A stretch of DNA of 64,000 nucleotides from an uncultured Pseudomonadota bacterium. Its GTDB lineage: Bacteria > Myxococcota_A > Polyangia > Fen-1088. Positions within the stretch are counted from its first letter, which is position 1, and each line of letters opens with the position of its first letter. The notes below the pieces were generated by a model that was given only the letters and a program-made list of their open reading frames with translations, was not told where the DNA came from and did not search any database. This document shows positions 46,130-56,907 of this stretch, piece by piece. A program made the translations under genes and the position numbers. The stretch is from contig CAWKBC010000030.1 of the NCBI GenBank assembly GCA_963847705.1, positions 128,001 to 192,000 on the forward strand, written 5' to 3'.

Positions 46130-48180
46130 ACCATGTGCAGCAGGTTGTGGACGAACAGATCGATGACCTTGATTCCGACGAAGGGGACCACCAGGCCCCC
46201 CAGGCCGTAGACCAGCAGGTTGCGGCGGAGGATGTCGCCGGCGCTGGCGGGGCGGAACTTCACCCCGCGCAAGGCGAGCGGGACCAGACAGATGATGATG
46301 AGCGCGTTGAAGATGACCGCGCTCAGGATGGCGCTCCCCGGGGAGCCGAGCCCCATGATGTTGAGCGGCGCGATCTGGGGAAAGGCGCCGATCAACATGG
46401 CGGGGATGATGGCGAAGTACTTGGCCACGTCGTTGGCCACGCTGAAGGTGGTGAGCGCGCCGCGGGTGATCAGCATCTGCTTGCCGATCTCGACGACCTC
46501 GATGAGCTTGGTCGGGTTGCTGTCGAGGTCGACCATGTTCCCGGCCTCCTTGGCGGCCTGGGTCCCCGAGTTCATCGCCACGCCGACGTCGGCCTGGGCC
46601 AGCGCGGGCGCGTCGTTGGTCCCGTCGCCCGTCATCGCCACCAGGTGACCGCCGGCCTGCTCGCGCCGGATGAGCGCCAGCTTGTCCTCCGGGGTGGCCT
46701 CGGCCAGGAAGTCGTCGACCCCCGCCTCCTTGGCGATGGCCGCCGCGGTGAGGGGGTTGTCGCCGGTGATCATCACCGTGCGGATTCCCATCGCTCGAAA
46801 TCGACTGAAGCGGTCGACCAGACCCTCCTTGACGATGTCCTTGAGGTGAATGACCCCCAGGACCCGCCCGGAGCTCGAGACCACCAGCGGCGTGCCTCCC
46901 TGCCGGGCAATCTGATCGACCTCACCCTGCACGCTCGGGGGCAGGGAACCGCCGGCCAGCGCCTTCATCGACTCGGAGGCTCCCTTGCGGATCTCCTTGC
47001 CGTCGACGTCGACGCCGCTCATGCGCGTCTGCGCCGAGAAAGGGACGAAGCCGGCGCCGGGCAGATCGTCCGCGCTCAGCGCAGGCTGTCCGAGTTTTTC
47101 CGCCAGCGTGACGATGCTGCGTCCCTCCGGCGTCTCGTCGGCCAGCGAGGAGAGCTGCGCCGCGCGCGCCAGCTCGACCGGCGTCACGCCCGGGGCCGGC
47201 AGCAGCGCCACCGCCTGCCGGTTTCCGTGGGTGATGGTGCCGGTCTTGTCCAGCAGGAGGACGTGGACGTCGCCCGCCGCCTCGACCGCCTTGCCGCTCA
47301 TCGCCAGCACGTTCTTCTGCACCATGCGATCGATCCCGGCGATGCCTATGGCGGAGAGGAGGCCGCCGATCGTGGTGGGGATGAGGCAGACCAGGAGCGC
47401 GATGAGGACGGTGACCGAGAACGCCGAGGCCGCCAGCGTGGGGGTGTAGCTCTGGATGTAGGTGCCGAAGGGGCGCAGGAAGAAGCAGACCAGCAAGAAG
47501 ATGATGGTCAGCGCCGAGAGCAGGATGTTGAGCGCGATCTCGTTCGGCGTCTTTTGCCGCTTGGCCCCTTCGATGAGGGAGATCATGCGGTCGAGGAAGC
47601 TCTCGCCGGGATCGGCGGTCACTCGGACCCGCAGCTGATCGGAGATGACCGTGGTCCCGGCGGTGACGGCGGATCTGTCGCCGCCCGACTGGCGCAGCAC
47701 CGGCGCCGACTCGCCGGTGATCACCGATTCGTCGACCATCGCCACCCCGGCCACGATCTCGCCGTCGGCGGGGATGATCTCGTGCGCGGGGACCAGCACC
47801 TCGTCGCCTTTGCGCAAGAGCTCCGAGGGGACCGTCTCCGTCGTTCCGTCGGGCCGCAGCCGCCGCCCGAACGCCTTCTTGCGCCCGCGCCGGAGCGCAT
47901 CGGCCTGCGCCTTGCCTCGCCCTTCGGCCAGGGCCTCGGCGAAGTTGGCGAAGAGGACGGTGAACCAGAGCCAGACGCAGATCTGGACCACGAACCCCAG
48001 CGACTCTCCGTGCGCCTTGGCGCGCAGGATCTCCACCGTGGTGACGATCGCGCCGACCTCGGTCACGAACATCACCGGGTTGCGGACCATGTAACGCGGA
48101 TCGAGCTTGGTGAAGCTGGCGCGCAGCGCGGGGAAGAGGATCTCCCGCTCGAACACCGAACGCTTGTTGGCAACCGACAT
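46126..48180 (-). CDS. kdpB: K+-transporting ATPase subunit B
   Basis: [46 protein letters not shown]; ATG 48180 with GAGGAG RBS. Confidence 0.97.
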   Translation of the reverse strand: MSVANKRSVFEREILFPALRASFTKLDPRYMVRNPVMFVTEVGAIVTTVEILRAKAHGESLGFVVQICVWLWFTVLFANFAEALAEGRGKAQADALRRGRKKAFGRRLRPDGTTETVPSELLRKGDEVLVPAHEIIPADGEIVAGVAMVDESVITGESAPVLRQSGGDRSAVTAGTTVISDQLRVRVTADPGESFLDRMISLIEGAKRQKTPNEIALNILLSALTIIFLLVCFFLRPFGTYIQSYTPTLAASAFSVTVLIALLVCLIPTTIGGLLSAIGIAGIDRMVQKNVLAMSGKAVEAAGDVHVLLLDKTGTITHGNRQAVALLPAPGVTPVELARAAQLSSLADETPEGRSIVTLAEKLGQPALSADDLPGAGFVPFSAQTRMSGVDVDGKEIRKGASESMKALAGGSLPPSVQGEVDQIARQGGTPLVVSSSGRVLGVIHLKDIVKEGLVDRFSRFRAMGIRTVMITGDNPLTAAAIAKEAGVDDFLAEATPEDKLALIRREQAGGHLVAMTGDGTNDAPALAQADVGVAMNSGTQAAKEAGNMVDLDSNPTKLIEVVEIGKQMLITRGALTTFSVANDVAKYFAIIPAMLIGAFPQIAPLNIMGLGSPGSAILSAVIFNALIIICLVPLALRGVKFRPASAGDILRRNLLVYGLGGLVVPFVGIKVIDLFVHNLLHMV

Positions 48181-48194
48181 GGTGTCTCCTCGAT

Positions 48195-49928
48195 TCAGAA
48201 GGTCAGGGTGGACGAAGTCATGAGGTAGTGTTCGACGATCGGCCCCACGGCCAGCGAGGGGAAGAACGTCAGCGCGCCGACGATGATGACCGTCGAGGTG
48301 AGCAGCACGACGAACATCGGCCCGGTGACCGGGAAGCTGCCGGCGTCGGTGGCGGTGGCCTTTTTCTGCACCAGGGCGCCCGCCAGGGCCAGGACCGGGA
48401 TGGCCGGGAAGAGGCGCCCGAACAGCATCGACAGCCCCTGGACGAAGTTCCACATGATGTTCCCGTTGGCGGCCGTCAGGGTCAGGCCCGCGAAGGCCGA
48501 GCCGTTGTTGCCGACGCCCGAGGCGAAGGCGTAGAGGATCTCGGAGAAGCCGCGGGGCCCGCCGTTGTTGAGCCCGGCCAGCCCCCAGGGCGCGACGCTG
48601 GCCCAGGCCGTCCCCGCCAGCGTGAAGACCGACACCACCAGCAGCGACAGCGCCGCCAGCTTCACGTCGCGGGCCTGGATCTTCTTGCCCAGGTACTCGG
48701 GCGTGCGACCGACCATCAGGCCGGCGATGAAGATCGCCACGAAGACGAAGACCAGCATCCCGTAGAGGCCGCTCCCCACGCCCCCGAAGATCACCTCCCC
48801 CATGAGGATGTTCCCCAGCGTCACCAGCGCGCCCAGCGGCGTGAACGAGTCGTGCATGGCGTTCACCGCGCCCGTGCCGGTGGCGGTGGTCATGGAGGCG
48901 AAGATCGAGGAGTTGGCGATCCCGAACCGCACCTCCTTCCCCTCCATGTTGCCGAACGAAGGGTCGACGCCCAGCGCGGTCAGCCGCGGGTTGCCGTGGG
49001 CCTCCGCCCACCAGCAGACGAGGATCCCGACCATCAGCATGCCGAACATGCTGGCCCACACCGCCCAGCCGTGGCGCTGGTTCTTGACCATCCGCCCGAG
49101 GTAGTAGGTGAGCCCGCTGCAAAGCGCGATGAAGAGCACGATCTGCACGAAGTTGCTGAGCGGGGTGGGGTTCTCGAACGGGTGCGCGGCGTTGACGTTC
49201 ATGTAGCCGCCGCCGTTGGTCCCCAGCATCTTGATGGCGATCTGCGAGGCGATGGGGCCCTGCGCGATCGTCTGGGTGGCGCCCTCCACCGTCTTGGCCG
49301 CCGTGTAAGGGAGAAAGTTCTGCGGGATCCCCTGGAACATCAGAAACACGGCGTAGATGATGGCCGCGGGCAGAAAGAGATAGAGCGTCTGGCGAATCAC
49401 GTCGCGCCAGAAGTTCCCGATCGTCGAGCCGGAGGTGCGCGCGATGCCGCGCACGAGAACGGCGGCGATCCCGATGCCGATCACCGGCGAGGTGAAGTTG
49501 TGCAGCACCAGCGCCAGCATCTGCGACAGGTAGCTCATGGTGCTTTCGCCGCCGTAGCTCTGCCAGTTGGTGTTGGTGGTGAAGCTGGCGGCGGTGTTGA
49601 AGGCCAGATCCGGCCGGATGGGACCGAGCTTCTGCGGGTTGAGCGGCAGCAGATGTTGAATGCGCAGCAGCAGGTAGGTGAAGAAGGTGGTCACCGCCGT
49701 GAAGAGCACCATCGAGACGGTGTAGCCCTTCCAGGTCTGTTCCTTGCGCGGATCGACCCCCAGCACGCGGTAGCTGGCCCGCTCGACCGGACCGAGCGCC
49801 CGCGCGAGCCAGGGCTCGCCACCGACGTCGGGGTCGAGGATCTTCACCAGGTAGACTCCGATGGGCTTGGTGATGAGGACGAATCCCGCGACGATGAGCG
49901 CGAGCTGAATCCAACCGGCGGCGTCCAT
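48195..49928 (-). CDS. kdpA: K+-transporting ATPase subunit A
   Basis: [51 protein letters not shown]. Confidence 0.97.
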   Translation of the reverse strand: MDAAGWIQLALIVAGFVLITKPIGVYLVKILDPDVGGEPWLARALGPVERASYRVLGVDPRKEQTWKGYTVSMVLFTAVTTFFTYLLLRIQHLLPLNPQKLGPIRPDLAFNTAASFTTNTNWQSYGGESTMSYLSQMLALVLHNFTSPVIGIGIAAVLVRGIARTSGSTIGNFWRDVIRQTLYLFLPAAIIYAVFLMFQGIPQNFLPYTAAKTVEGATQTIAQGPIASQIAIKMLGTNGGGYMNVNAAHPFENPTPLSNFVQIVLFIALCSGLTYYLGRMVKNQRHGWAVWASMFGMLMVGILVCWWAEAHGNPRLTALGVDPSFGNMEGKEVRFGIANSSIFASMTTATGTGAVNAMHDSFTPLGALVTLGNILMGEVIFGGVGSGLYGMLVFVFVAIFIAGLMVGRTPEYLGKKIQARDVKLAALSLLVVSVFTLAGTAWASVAPWGLAGLNNGGPRGFSEILYAFASGVGNNGSAFAGLTLTAANGNIMWNFVQGLSMLFGRLFPAIPVLALAGALVQKKATATDAGSFPVTGPMFVVLLTSTVIIVGALTFFPSLAVGPIVEHYLMTSSTLTF

Positions 49929-50011
49929 CAGAAGCTCTCCGGGCGAAGCAGCGACCAGAACAGGTAGATCACCAGACCGAGCGCGATCACCGACACCACG
50001 GCGGACTCCAT
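49928..50011 (-). CDS. kdpF: K+-transporting ATPase subunit F (27 aa; not in ORF track)
   Basis: [27 protein letters not shown]; TGATG overlap with kdpA. Confidence 0.9.
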   Translation of the reverse strand: MESAVVSVIALGLVIYLFWSLLRPESF

Positions 50012-50012
50012 G

Positions 50013-50096
50013 TCAGAGCCTCTCGCAGGCCGCCGCATAGGCGAGCGTGATCGCGAAAAATCCGATCGTGACGACGATGAACAAGACGTCCAACAT
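50013..50096 (-). CDS. 27-aa single-TM peptide preceding kdpF
   Basis: MLDVLFIVVTIGFFAITLAYAAACERL with GGAGG RBS; stop 1 nt before kdpF ATG. Confidence 0.75.
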   Translation of the reverse strand: MLDVLFIVVTIGFFAITLAYAAACERL

Positions 50097-50148
50097 GGGC
50101 GATGCCTCCAGGCTCACGAGAAGAGAACTTCGACTCGCCTTCCTCTTG

Positions 50149-50165
50149 AGCACCGCTCGTGCCAA
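50149..50165 (-). promoter_or_regulatory. Sigma54 (-24/-12) promoter of the kdp operon
   Basis: TTGGCACGAGCGGTGCT, GG-N10-GC. Confidence 0.8.
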
Positions 50166-50309
50166 ATCGGTTCGCGGCCGCCGCGCCCGCATCGATCCGC
50201 GCCCCAACGGGCAAACAAGGGCCATCAATTAACGGTGCCGAAATAATGCGGCGGCCGAATCGTTGCGGTTTGCGGAAACCGAGGCCCCTCGAATCTCGCA
50301 GGTCGCAAG

Positions 50310-51197
50310 TCAACCCTCTTCGTGCGGGCCCGAGGCCGCCTGCTCCAGGCGTTTTCGGATCCGCCACAACGTGCTCGCATCGATGCCCAGGATGGTCGCC
50401 GCCTTGCGGAGGTTCCGCACGCGCCGGATGACGCGCGCGACGTGCTCGCGCTCCAGATCGCGAAGCTTGACGTCCTCCCCCAGGCGCACGCCGCCGGGTC
50501 CGTTCGCCATCTCGATGTCGGCGAAGGCGTCGGCCTCCAGCAGGTCTCCGGGACAGAGCAAGAGGGCCCGCTCGATCAGGTTGTGAAGCTCGCGGGCGTT
50601 TCCAGGAAATGGATGCTGCTGCAGCAGCGCCGCCGCCTCCGCCGACAGCGCCGGAGCGCGCCGGCCGAGGTCGGTGCTCAACGACAGGATGATCCCCCGT
50701 GCAGCGGGCAGGATGTCCTCGGGGCGTTCGCGCAGCGGCGGCACGCGGATGTCGACGACGTTCAGCCGGAAGCGGAGCTCCGAGCCGAGGCGGCCGCTCG
50801 CCACCTCCTCGTCCAGATCGCGGCGGTTCGAGGAGATCAAGCGCGCCGGCGGGCCGCGAGAGGCGAGGGCGTCGAGCAGATGGACCAGCTTGGGCTGAAG
50901 CGGAGGCGCCAGCTCGCCAACTTCATGCAGGAACAATGTCCCACCGACCGCCGTCGCCAGAGCCCGCACCGGGAGCTGGTCGAGCGAAGCACACGCCAGG
51001 GTCTCGAACCGGTGCCCGCGACGTGGGCTCTCCTCATGAGCGAAGCGCGCGAGCTCCAACACCTCCGTCCCCAGCTCGCCCCGAAGCACAATCGGGGCCT
51101 CCGTGTGGGCTGCCGCCAGCAGCGCCTCCACAGCTCGCTGCATCGAGGCGCTGTGGGTCTCGAGCGGGAGTTGCGACGGCGGATCAAGCACGGACAT
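50310..51197 (-). CDS. Degenerate sigma54 enhancer-binding-like protein (AAA+ plus Fis HTH, no sensor domain)
   Basis: GELGTEV, GGTLFLHEVGEL, FRLNVVDIRVPPLRERPEDI, FPGNARELHN, AATILGIDASTLWR; no GAFTGA loop. Confidence 0.85.
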   Translation of the reverse strand: MSVLDPPSQLPLETHSASMQRAVEALLAAAHTEAPIVLRGELGTEVLELARFAHEESPRRGHRFETLACASLDQLPVRALATAVGGTLFLHEVGELAPPLQPKLVHLLDALASRGPPARLISSNRRDLDEEVASGRLGSELRFRLNVVDIRVPPLRERPEDILPAARGIILSLSTDLGRRAPALSAEAAALLQQHPFPGNARELHNLIERALLLCPGDLLEADAFADIEMANGPGGVRLGEDVKLRDLEREHVARVIRRVRNLRKAATILGIDASTLWRIRKRLEQAASGPHEEG

Positions 51198-51232
51198 CGA
51201 CCTCCGGGCGCCGAGAGTTTCAAGGGAGTCCT

Positions 51233-51249
51233 TGCGACGCCTGTGCCAA
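51233..51249 (-). promoter_or_regulatory. Sigma54 promoter of the degenerate EBP gene
   Basis: TTGGCACAGGCGTCGCA, GG-N10-GC, 36 bp before the ATG. Confidence 0.7.
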
Positions 51250-51315
51250 CGCGGGTGCGCCCGCCGGCAGCCAGAATCGGCCGCGCTTCCGGTCGAACGC
51301 AGATCTCCCCCGCCT

Positions 51316-51360
51316 GCAAGCTGCACGCTCGGGCGGTGGCCCGTCCCGGCAAGCTGCACG
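51316..51360. promoter_or_regulatory. Candidate upstream activator sites (2 x GCAAGCTGCACG, 33-bp period)
   Basis: Copies at 51316 and 51349, ~70-110 bp upstream of the -24 box. Confidence 0.55.
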
Positions 51361-51416
51361 TGGCGAGCGCGCCGAGGAGCGCCTCGGTCGCGACCCGTCA
51401 GCGACCTGGTGAAGGG

Positions 51417-52496
51417 CTAGGCGCCATCGAGCTCGGTCATCCAGCCGTGCTTGTCGGGCTCGCGCCCGTACTGAATCGCCGTGATCGCCTCCAGCAGGCG
51501 GCGCGCGATCTCGCCGGGCTGGCCGCCGTTGACGACCACGTCCTCGCCCTTCCAGCCGAGCGTCCCCACCGGGGTGATGACCGCCGCCGTGCCGCAGCCG
51601 AAGATCTCGCGCAGCGTGCCGCCGCGGTGCGCGCGCAAGAGCTCCTCCATCCCCAGCGGGCGCTCGTTGACGGTGTAGCCCCACCCGCGCAAGAGCGTGA
51701 TCACCGAGTCGCGCGTCACGCCGGCCAGGATGCTGCCGCCGAGCGGCGGCGTGACAATCTCCTCGCCGATGCGCGCCACCATGTTCATGGTGCCGACCTC
51801 TTCCAGGTAGCGGTGCTCGTGCGCGTCGGTCCAGAGCACCTGGTCGAAGCCCCGCGCCTTGGCGTCCTCCGCCGCGCGCAGGCTGGCGATGTAGTTTGCG
51901 CCCGCCTTCACGCCGCCGAGCCCTCCGACGGCGGCCCGCACGTACCTGTCCTCCACCAGGATCTTGGCCGGCGCGAAGGCCTCGCCGTGGTAGGCGCCCA
52001 CCGGTGAGGCGATGACGAAGAAGATGAAGCGCCTGGCCGGGCGCACGCCGAGAAACGCCTCGGTGGCGATCACCGTCGGCCGGATGTAGAGCGACGTTCC
52101 GGGCGACGAGGGCACCCACTCATGATCGGCCTTCACGAAGGCGGTGATGGCGGCGCGGGACAGCTCGGCCGGGACCGGCGGGATGCACAGCCGCTCGGCG
52201 CCATCGTGCAGGCGCTTGCAGTGGCGGTCGAGGCGGAAGAAGCGCACCTTGCCGTCGACGCCGCGGAAGGCCTTCAGGCCGTCGAACATCTCCTGCGCGT
52301 AGTGCAGCACCGCCGCCGCCGGGTCGAGCGCCAGCGGGCCGTAGGGGACCACGCGCGGATCGAACCAGCCACGCTCCGCCTCGTAGTCGACGATCGCCAT
52401 GTGGTCGGTGAAGGTGCGCCCGAAGACCAGCTCGCTGTCCCTGGGACGCGGCTTCGGCTGTTCGACCCGATGCAAAGAAAACGGCGGCGACGACAT
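51417..52496 (-). CDS. ilvE: Branched-chain amino acid aminotransferase
   Basis: FGRTFTDHM, LHYAQEMFDGLKA, SLYIRP, GVKAGANY, EEVGTMN, ILAGVTRDS, FGCGTAAVITPV. Confidence 0.95.
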   Translation of the reverse strand: MSSPPFSLHRVEQPKPRPRDSELVFGRTFTDHMAIVDYEAERGWFDPRVVPYGPLALDPAAAVLHYAQEMFDGLKAFRGVDGKVRFFRLDRHCKRLHDGAERLCIPPVPAELSRAAITAFVKADHEWVPSSPGTSLYIRPTVIATEAFLGVRPARRFIFFVIASPVGAYHGEAFAPAKILVEDRYVRAAVGGLGGVKAGANYIASLRAAEDAKARGFDQVLWTDAHEHRYLEEVGTMNMVARIGEEIVTPPLGGSILAGVTRDSVITLLRGWGYTVNERPLGMEELLRAHRGGTLREIFGCGTAAVITPVGTLGWKGEDVVVNGGQPGEIARRLLEAITAIQYGREPDKHGWMTELDGA

Positions 52497-52584
52497 CCGG
52501 TCAGGATATCGCGCCGCCGTCGCTGGCGCTAATGGGACCTGTCGGTCCGGTTAATAGGGGCCGAGGCCCCTCGAAGGGTCCTCC

Positions 52585-53106
52585 CTACAGCGACAGAACG
52601 CCGGTGCGGATCAGGTAGGCGAGGCGCTCCCGCTGGTCATTGTCGAGCAGCGCGTGGAGCCGCCCGAGCGCCGCCGTCACCGCGTCGCGCAGCCGCTCCG
52701 CCGTGGCGACGCGCAGCGCGGCCGACTCCTTGGCCCGCGTCGCGTCGAACGTCGGGCCGGCCACCGCGTCCGCGAACCCCGACAGCGAACGCCGGCGATC
52801 GACCTCCCCCTGCGCCCGCTCGGTCTTCAGATCGTCGAGGACCCGCGCCAGCTCCGCCACCTGCTTCTCGTCCAGCTCCAGCTTGTAGGCCAGGAACCGC
52901 AGCGGCCGGCGGACCCCGAACGGGCCGCCACCGAACCCCTCGGCTTCCTCGTCACCCCCGCCGTAGCCGTGCCCATGGCCGTGCCGGCCGCCTCCGCCGT
53001 GCCGCGATTCACCCGGGCTGCAGCTCCAGGCTCCGCAGCCGCTTCCACTGTCACCCGCTCCTGGCTCGTGGCGCGCGCGCCACCAGGACATCACGTGTCC
53101 GTGCAT
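52585..53106 (-). CDS. Spy/CpxP-like helical protein
   Basis: His/Gly-rich N-terminus; KLELDEKQ ... LHALLDNDQRERL (LTxxQ-like repeats). Confidence 0.6.
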   Translation of the reverse strand: MHGHVMSWWRARHEPGAGDSGSGCGAWSCSPGESRHGGGGRHGHGHGYGGGDEEAEGFGGGPFGVRRPLRFLAYKLELDEKQVAELARVLDDLKTERAQGEVDRRRSLSGFADAVAGPTFDATRAKESAALRVATAERLRDAVTAALGRLHALLDNDQRERLAYLIRTGVLSL

Positions 53107-53234
53107 GTTGCTTCTCCTTCTTCCTTTCGCCGAGGCCTTCAGCTCCCGGCGGGTTTTGACCGTGGGCGATATGCCTCACGGATGTCCCGAAAGCATAACC
53201 GCCGAAGGGCGAGGGTCAATGGTAAACAAGCCGC

Positions 53235-53705
53235 ATGCCTCGCTACTGGCTGATGAAGTCGGAACCCGAAGCGTTCTCGATCGACGATCTGGCGCGCGCC
53301 AAGAACGGCACCACGCGCTGGGACGGCGTGCGCAACTACCAGGCACGCAACTTCCTGCGCGACGACATCTCGCTGGGGGACGGGGTGCTCTTCTATCACT
53401 CCAGCGTCGACCCGCCGGCCGTGGTCGGCACGGCGCGGGTGGCCCGCGCCGGCTATCCCGACCCGACCCAGTTCGACCCCCAGGATAGCCACTGCGATCC
53501 GGACAGCCCCCGCGACGCTCCCCGCTGGTTCGCCGTCGACATCGCGTTCGACGAGAAGTTCACCCGGCCGGTCACGCTCGCCGAGTTGCGCGCGGACGAG
53601 GCGCTCGCCGAGATGGTCCTCTTGCGCCGGGGGAGCCGCCTCTCGGTGCAACCGGTGTCGGCGGGCGAGTGGAAGCGGATCGTGAAGCTCGGCGCGCGCA
53701 AATGA
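53235..53705 (+). CDS. EVE domain protein
   Basis: YWLMKSEP..FSIDDL..WDGVRNYQARNFLR..FYHS..RLSVQPV. Confidence 0.95.
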   Translation: MPRYWLMKSEPEAFSIDDLARAKNGTTRWDGVRNYQARNFLRDDISLGDGVLFYHSSVDPPAVVGTARVARAGYPDPTQFDPQDSHCDPDSPRDAPRWFAVDIAFDEKFTRPVTLAELRADEALAEMVLLRRGSRLSVQPVSAGEWKRIVKLGARK

Positions 53706-54151
53706 AAGATGCAGCGCCGGGCGGCGTGCACCACGTCGCCATCGCCGTCCGCGATCTCGAAGCGGTGGAGCCCTTCTACATCCGGGTGCTGGGTTTGCCC
53801 GTCCTGCGGCGCTGGCCGATGACGGGCGAAGCGACGGGCGACGAGAAACGTGACCGGGCGGTCTGGTTGGATCTGGGGGCGGGCGCCTTCCTGGCGCTCG
53901 AGCGCGCAGCCGATGCCGGGGTCGCGCGCGCGGGCGCTCCCGCCGATCGGGCGCAGGGCTACCTCATGATCGCCCTGCGGATCAGCCGCGCGGCGCGCGC
54001 CGACTGGGAGGCGCGCCTGGCCGGGGCGGGCGTCGCCGTCGTGCATCGCACCGACCACACGCTCTACGTGGCTGACCCGGAGGGGAACCGTGTCGGTCTG
54101 TCGCACTGGCCCGACCCGGTGGGACCGCCGGGGGCACCGACGGGAGGCTGA
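53702..54151 (+). CDS. VOC/glyoxalase family protein
   Basis: VHHVAIAVRDLEAVEPFYIRVLGL; LYVADPEGNRV; ATGA overlap. Confidence 0.88.
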   Translation: MKDAAPGGVHHVAIAVRDLEAVEPFYIRVLGLPVLRRWPMTGEATGDEKRDRAVWLDLGAGAFLALERAADAGVARAGAPADRAQGYLMIALRISRAARADWEARLAGAGVAVVHRTDHTLYVADPEGNRVGLSHWPDPVGPPGAPTGG

Positions 54152-54153
54152 GC

Positions 54154-54462
54154 TTGCCGACCATCACCTACCTGCCTGCCGGGACGCGGATCGAATGCGC
54201 GGCCGGCGAATCGGTCTTCGAGGTCGCGCGGCGCGCCGGGATCAACGTCACCACCGCTTGCGTGGGCAAGGCGACCTGCGGTCTTTGTCGGGTGAAGGTG
54301 ATCGCCGGCGAGCAGCACCTGTCGCCGTTCAACGCCGCCGAGCGCAAGCACCTGGGCAACGTCTACTTCATCAACAAGCTGCGCCTCTCCTGTCAGGCGC
54401 GGCTCGGGCCGGGGGACGTCGGCGTCGATGTCGTGGTCGAGCTTCCCGCCGTCCCGGGGTGA
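54154..54462 (+). CDS. 2Fe-2S ferredoxin
   Basis: CVGKATCGLC..RLSCQ. Confidence 0.9.
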   Translation: MPTITYLPAGTRIECAAGESVFEVARRAGINVTTACVGKATCGLCRVKVIAGEQHLSPFNAAERKHLGNVYFINKLRLSCQARLGPGDVGVDVVVELPAVPG

Positions 54463-54583
54463 TCGCCCAAGGGCGAGCGCCCACCGGTGAGCGCCCTCGG
54501 TGAGCGTCCACCGGGTGAGGGATTGACCGGCCGATCGCCCGGCTGAGCCTTCCGCCTCGGGGATCCGGCGCCACCTTCAATCG

Positions 54584-55978
54584 GTGGCCGGGGCGGTGGC
54601 GAGGCGACGGTGGGCAGGGTGGATGCTGGCGGCCCTGCTCGCGTTCCTGGCCCGCCCGGCGCGCGCGGACGGCGCCTTCCCCGACGGCCAGAGCATCATC
54701 GTGCCCACCGATCGCCCTGACGAGATCCTGCTCGCCACCAACTTCGGCGTGCTCACCTCGCAGGACGCCGGGGCCACCTGGATCTGGGCTTGCGAGCAGC
54801 CGGTGAACAGCTACGGGCGCCTCTACCAGATGGGGCCGGCGCCGGCACACCGGCTCTACGCCATCGCGAACGGCACGCTGGTCTTCTCCGACGACGACGC
54901 CTGCGGCTGGCAGGTCGCGGGCGGCGCGCTGGGCGCCCAGCTCTGCGAGGACGCCTTCATCGATCCGACCGATGGCACGCGGGTGCTGGCCGCCGGCCTC
55001 GCCTCCGGGACGGCGGGGGCCGTCTACACGGTGTTTGAATCGACCGACAGCGGTGCGACGTTCAACCAGACGCTCTACACCGGCGCGCCCGGCGATCTCG
55101 TCACCGGGCTCGAGATCGCCGCCTCCGACCCGATGACGATCGATCTCGCGCTCTCCAGAGGGACGGCCGCGGCACCGACGCTGGCCCGGTCGAGCGACGG
55201 CGGCGGGACCTGGCAGCTCGCCGATTTGACGGCCGCGCTCGGTGTCGGACAGGTGCGGATCGTGGCGATCGATCCCGTCGACAGCGACCGGGTGTGGCTG
55301 CGCTGGCTGGGCACCGATGGCGACGCGCTGGCGCTGGCCACCCAGGGCGGCGCGGCGGTGGCCGTGCCGCTCACCTTCGACAGCGGCGGGTTGACCGCGT
55401 TCGTGCGCACCAGCGCAGGGACCATCCTGGCGGCGGGGACCATCGCGAACGCGCCGGCGCTGTTCCGGTCGACCGACGGCGGCGCGACGTTCACGGCGCT
55501 GGCCGCTCCGCCCTACATCCTGGCGCTGGCCGAGCGTGCCGGAACGGTCTACGCGGCCATCGACACGGCGTACGAGCCGTTCGCCGAGGCGACCTCGACC
55601 GATGAGGGGACGACCTGGCAGCCTGGTCTGGCCTTCGTCAACGTCGCGGGGATCGCCCCCTGCTTGAAGGGCGTCTGTCAGACCGATTGCGCGACGCGCG
55701 CCCAGCAGCAGCAATGGCCGGCGGCGGTCTGCGCGGCCGAGGTGCTGGTGAGCGAGCCGACCGACGCCGCCGTGATCGACGCCGGCCTGCCCGACGCCCA
55801 GGTCATCGTGCCGCTCCGCGACGCCAGCGCCCTCGCCCCCATCGACGCCGGAGACACGCCGCGGATCCCACCCAGCGGATGCTCCTGCGCGACGGCGCCC
55901 GGCTGGGGCTCCGCCCCGTGGTTGGCGGCGGTACTCCTGGGCGGGTCGCTGCTTTCGCGCCGGCGCCGGGGACGCTAG
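54584..55978 (+). CDS. Secreted BNR/beta-propeller protein with MYXO-CTERM-like tail
   Basis: Repeated S-x-D-G-G-x-T-W/F Asp boxes; C-terminal GCSCATAPG + TM + RRRRGR. Confidence 0.8.
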   Translation: MAGAVARRRWAGWMLAALLAFLARPARADGAFPDGQSIIVPTDRPDEILLATNFGVLTSQDAGATWIWACEQPVNSYGRLYQMGPAPAHRLYAIANGTLVFSDDDACGWQVAGGALGAQLCEDAFIDPTDGTRVLAAGLASGTAGAVYTVFESTDSGATFNQTLYTGAPGDLVTGLEIAASDPMTIDLALSRGTAAAPTLARSSDGGGTWQLADLTAALGVGQVRIVAIDPVDSDRVWLRWLGTDGDALALATQGGAAVAVPLTFDSGGLTAFVRTSAGTILAAGTIANAPALFRSTDGGATFTALAAPPYILALAERAGTVYAAIDTAYEPFAEATSTDEGTTWQPGLAFVNVAGIAPCLKGVCQTDCATRAQQQQWPAAVCAAEVLVSEPTDAAVIDAGLPDAQVIVPLRDASALAPIDAGDTPRIPPSGCSCATAPGWGSAPWLAAVLLGGSLLSRRRRGR

Positions 55979-56865
55979 GTGCGGCGGGCGCCCAGCGGCG
56001 CCCGGGACTCGCTGTCCTCGGCGTCGGCCTTGGCCGCCTGCGCGCCGAGTTGCTTGGTCTGCTGGTTGCTCGCCAGCGCCAGCGCGCTCGCCATCATGGC
56101 CTGCGTCTGTGCGGCCGTCGGCGCCGCCGCCGCCATCCCCAGATCGATCGGCACCGGGAAGACGATGGTCGACGACGCCTCGCCCGCCACCTCGACCAGC
56201 GTCTGGTAGAGGCGCAGCTGCAGCGCGCCCGGGTTGCCGGCGATCATCTGGGCCGCCTGCGCCAGCTTGGCGGCTGCTTGCACCTCACCCTCGGCGGCGA
56301 TCACCTTGGCGCGCCGCTCGCGCTCGGCCTCCGCCTGGCGGGCCATGGCCCGCTGCATCTCCTTGGGGAGCTGGATGTCCTTGATCTCCACCGCCGAGAT
56401 CTCCACGCCCCACTGCTCGGTGCGGGTGTCGAGGATGGTTCGGATCTCGCCGTTGATCTTGTCCCGGTGGGCCAGGATGTCGTCGAGGTCCATCTTGCCC
56501 AGGACCGCCCGCAGCGTGGTCGAGGCGAGCTGCAGCGTCGCCGGCATGAAGTCCTCGACCTCCAGGATGGCGTGCGACGGCGAGTTGACCGAAGCATAGA
56601 CGACCGCGTCGACGCTGATGGTGATGTTGTCGTGCGAGATGATGTCCTGCGGGGTGATCTGGATGGCGCGGGTGCGCGTGTCGACCACCCGCATCCGATC
56701 GATCCCGAAGGGGAGCAGCAGGTTGAACCCCGGCGAGGCCAGCGCCTTGCGGGCCCGGCCGAACCGGAAGACCACGCCGCGCTCGTACTCCTGGAGGATC
56801 TTCGTCCCGGTCAGGAGCAACATCACCCCGGCTGCCACAGCCGCCCCAAACGCGATGGTGAACAT
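55975..56865 (-). CDS. SPFH/stomatin-like (slipin) protein
   Basis: EYERGVVFRFGR; TTLRAVLG; RAMARQAEAERERRAKVIAAEGE; ALQLRLYQTL. Confidence 0.93.
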   Translation of the reverse strand: MFTIAFGAAVAAGVMLLLTGTKILQEYERGVVFRFGRARKALASPGFNLLLPFGIDRMRVVDTRTRAIQITPQDIISHDNITISVDAVVYASVNSPSHAILEVEDFMPATLQLASTTLRAVLGKMDLDDILAHRDKINGEIRTILDTRTEQWGVEISAVEIKDIQLPKEMQRAMARQAEAERERRAKVIAAEGEVQAAAKLAQAAQMIAGNPGALQLRLYQTLVEVAGEASSTIVFPVPIDLGMAAAAPTAAQTQAMMASALALASNQQTKQLGAQAAKADAEDSESRAPLGARRT

Positions 56866-56907
56866 GGCGCGATTTTACCACTGGAAACCGGTCCGAGCCG
56901 GCGGCCG

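Noticed and set aside
46126-49914. 1262-aa KdpB with a large N-terminal extension
   Set aside because: The upstream part is an off-frame overlap of kdpA; the real start is ATG 48180 with an RBS
50279-52575. 15-bp repeat CCGAGGCCCCTCGAA at 50279 and 52561 (near-inverse at ~5710)
   Set aside because: Short and GC-rich, with no consistent context beyond lying near gene ends; may be chance
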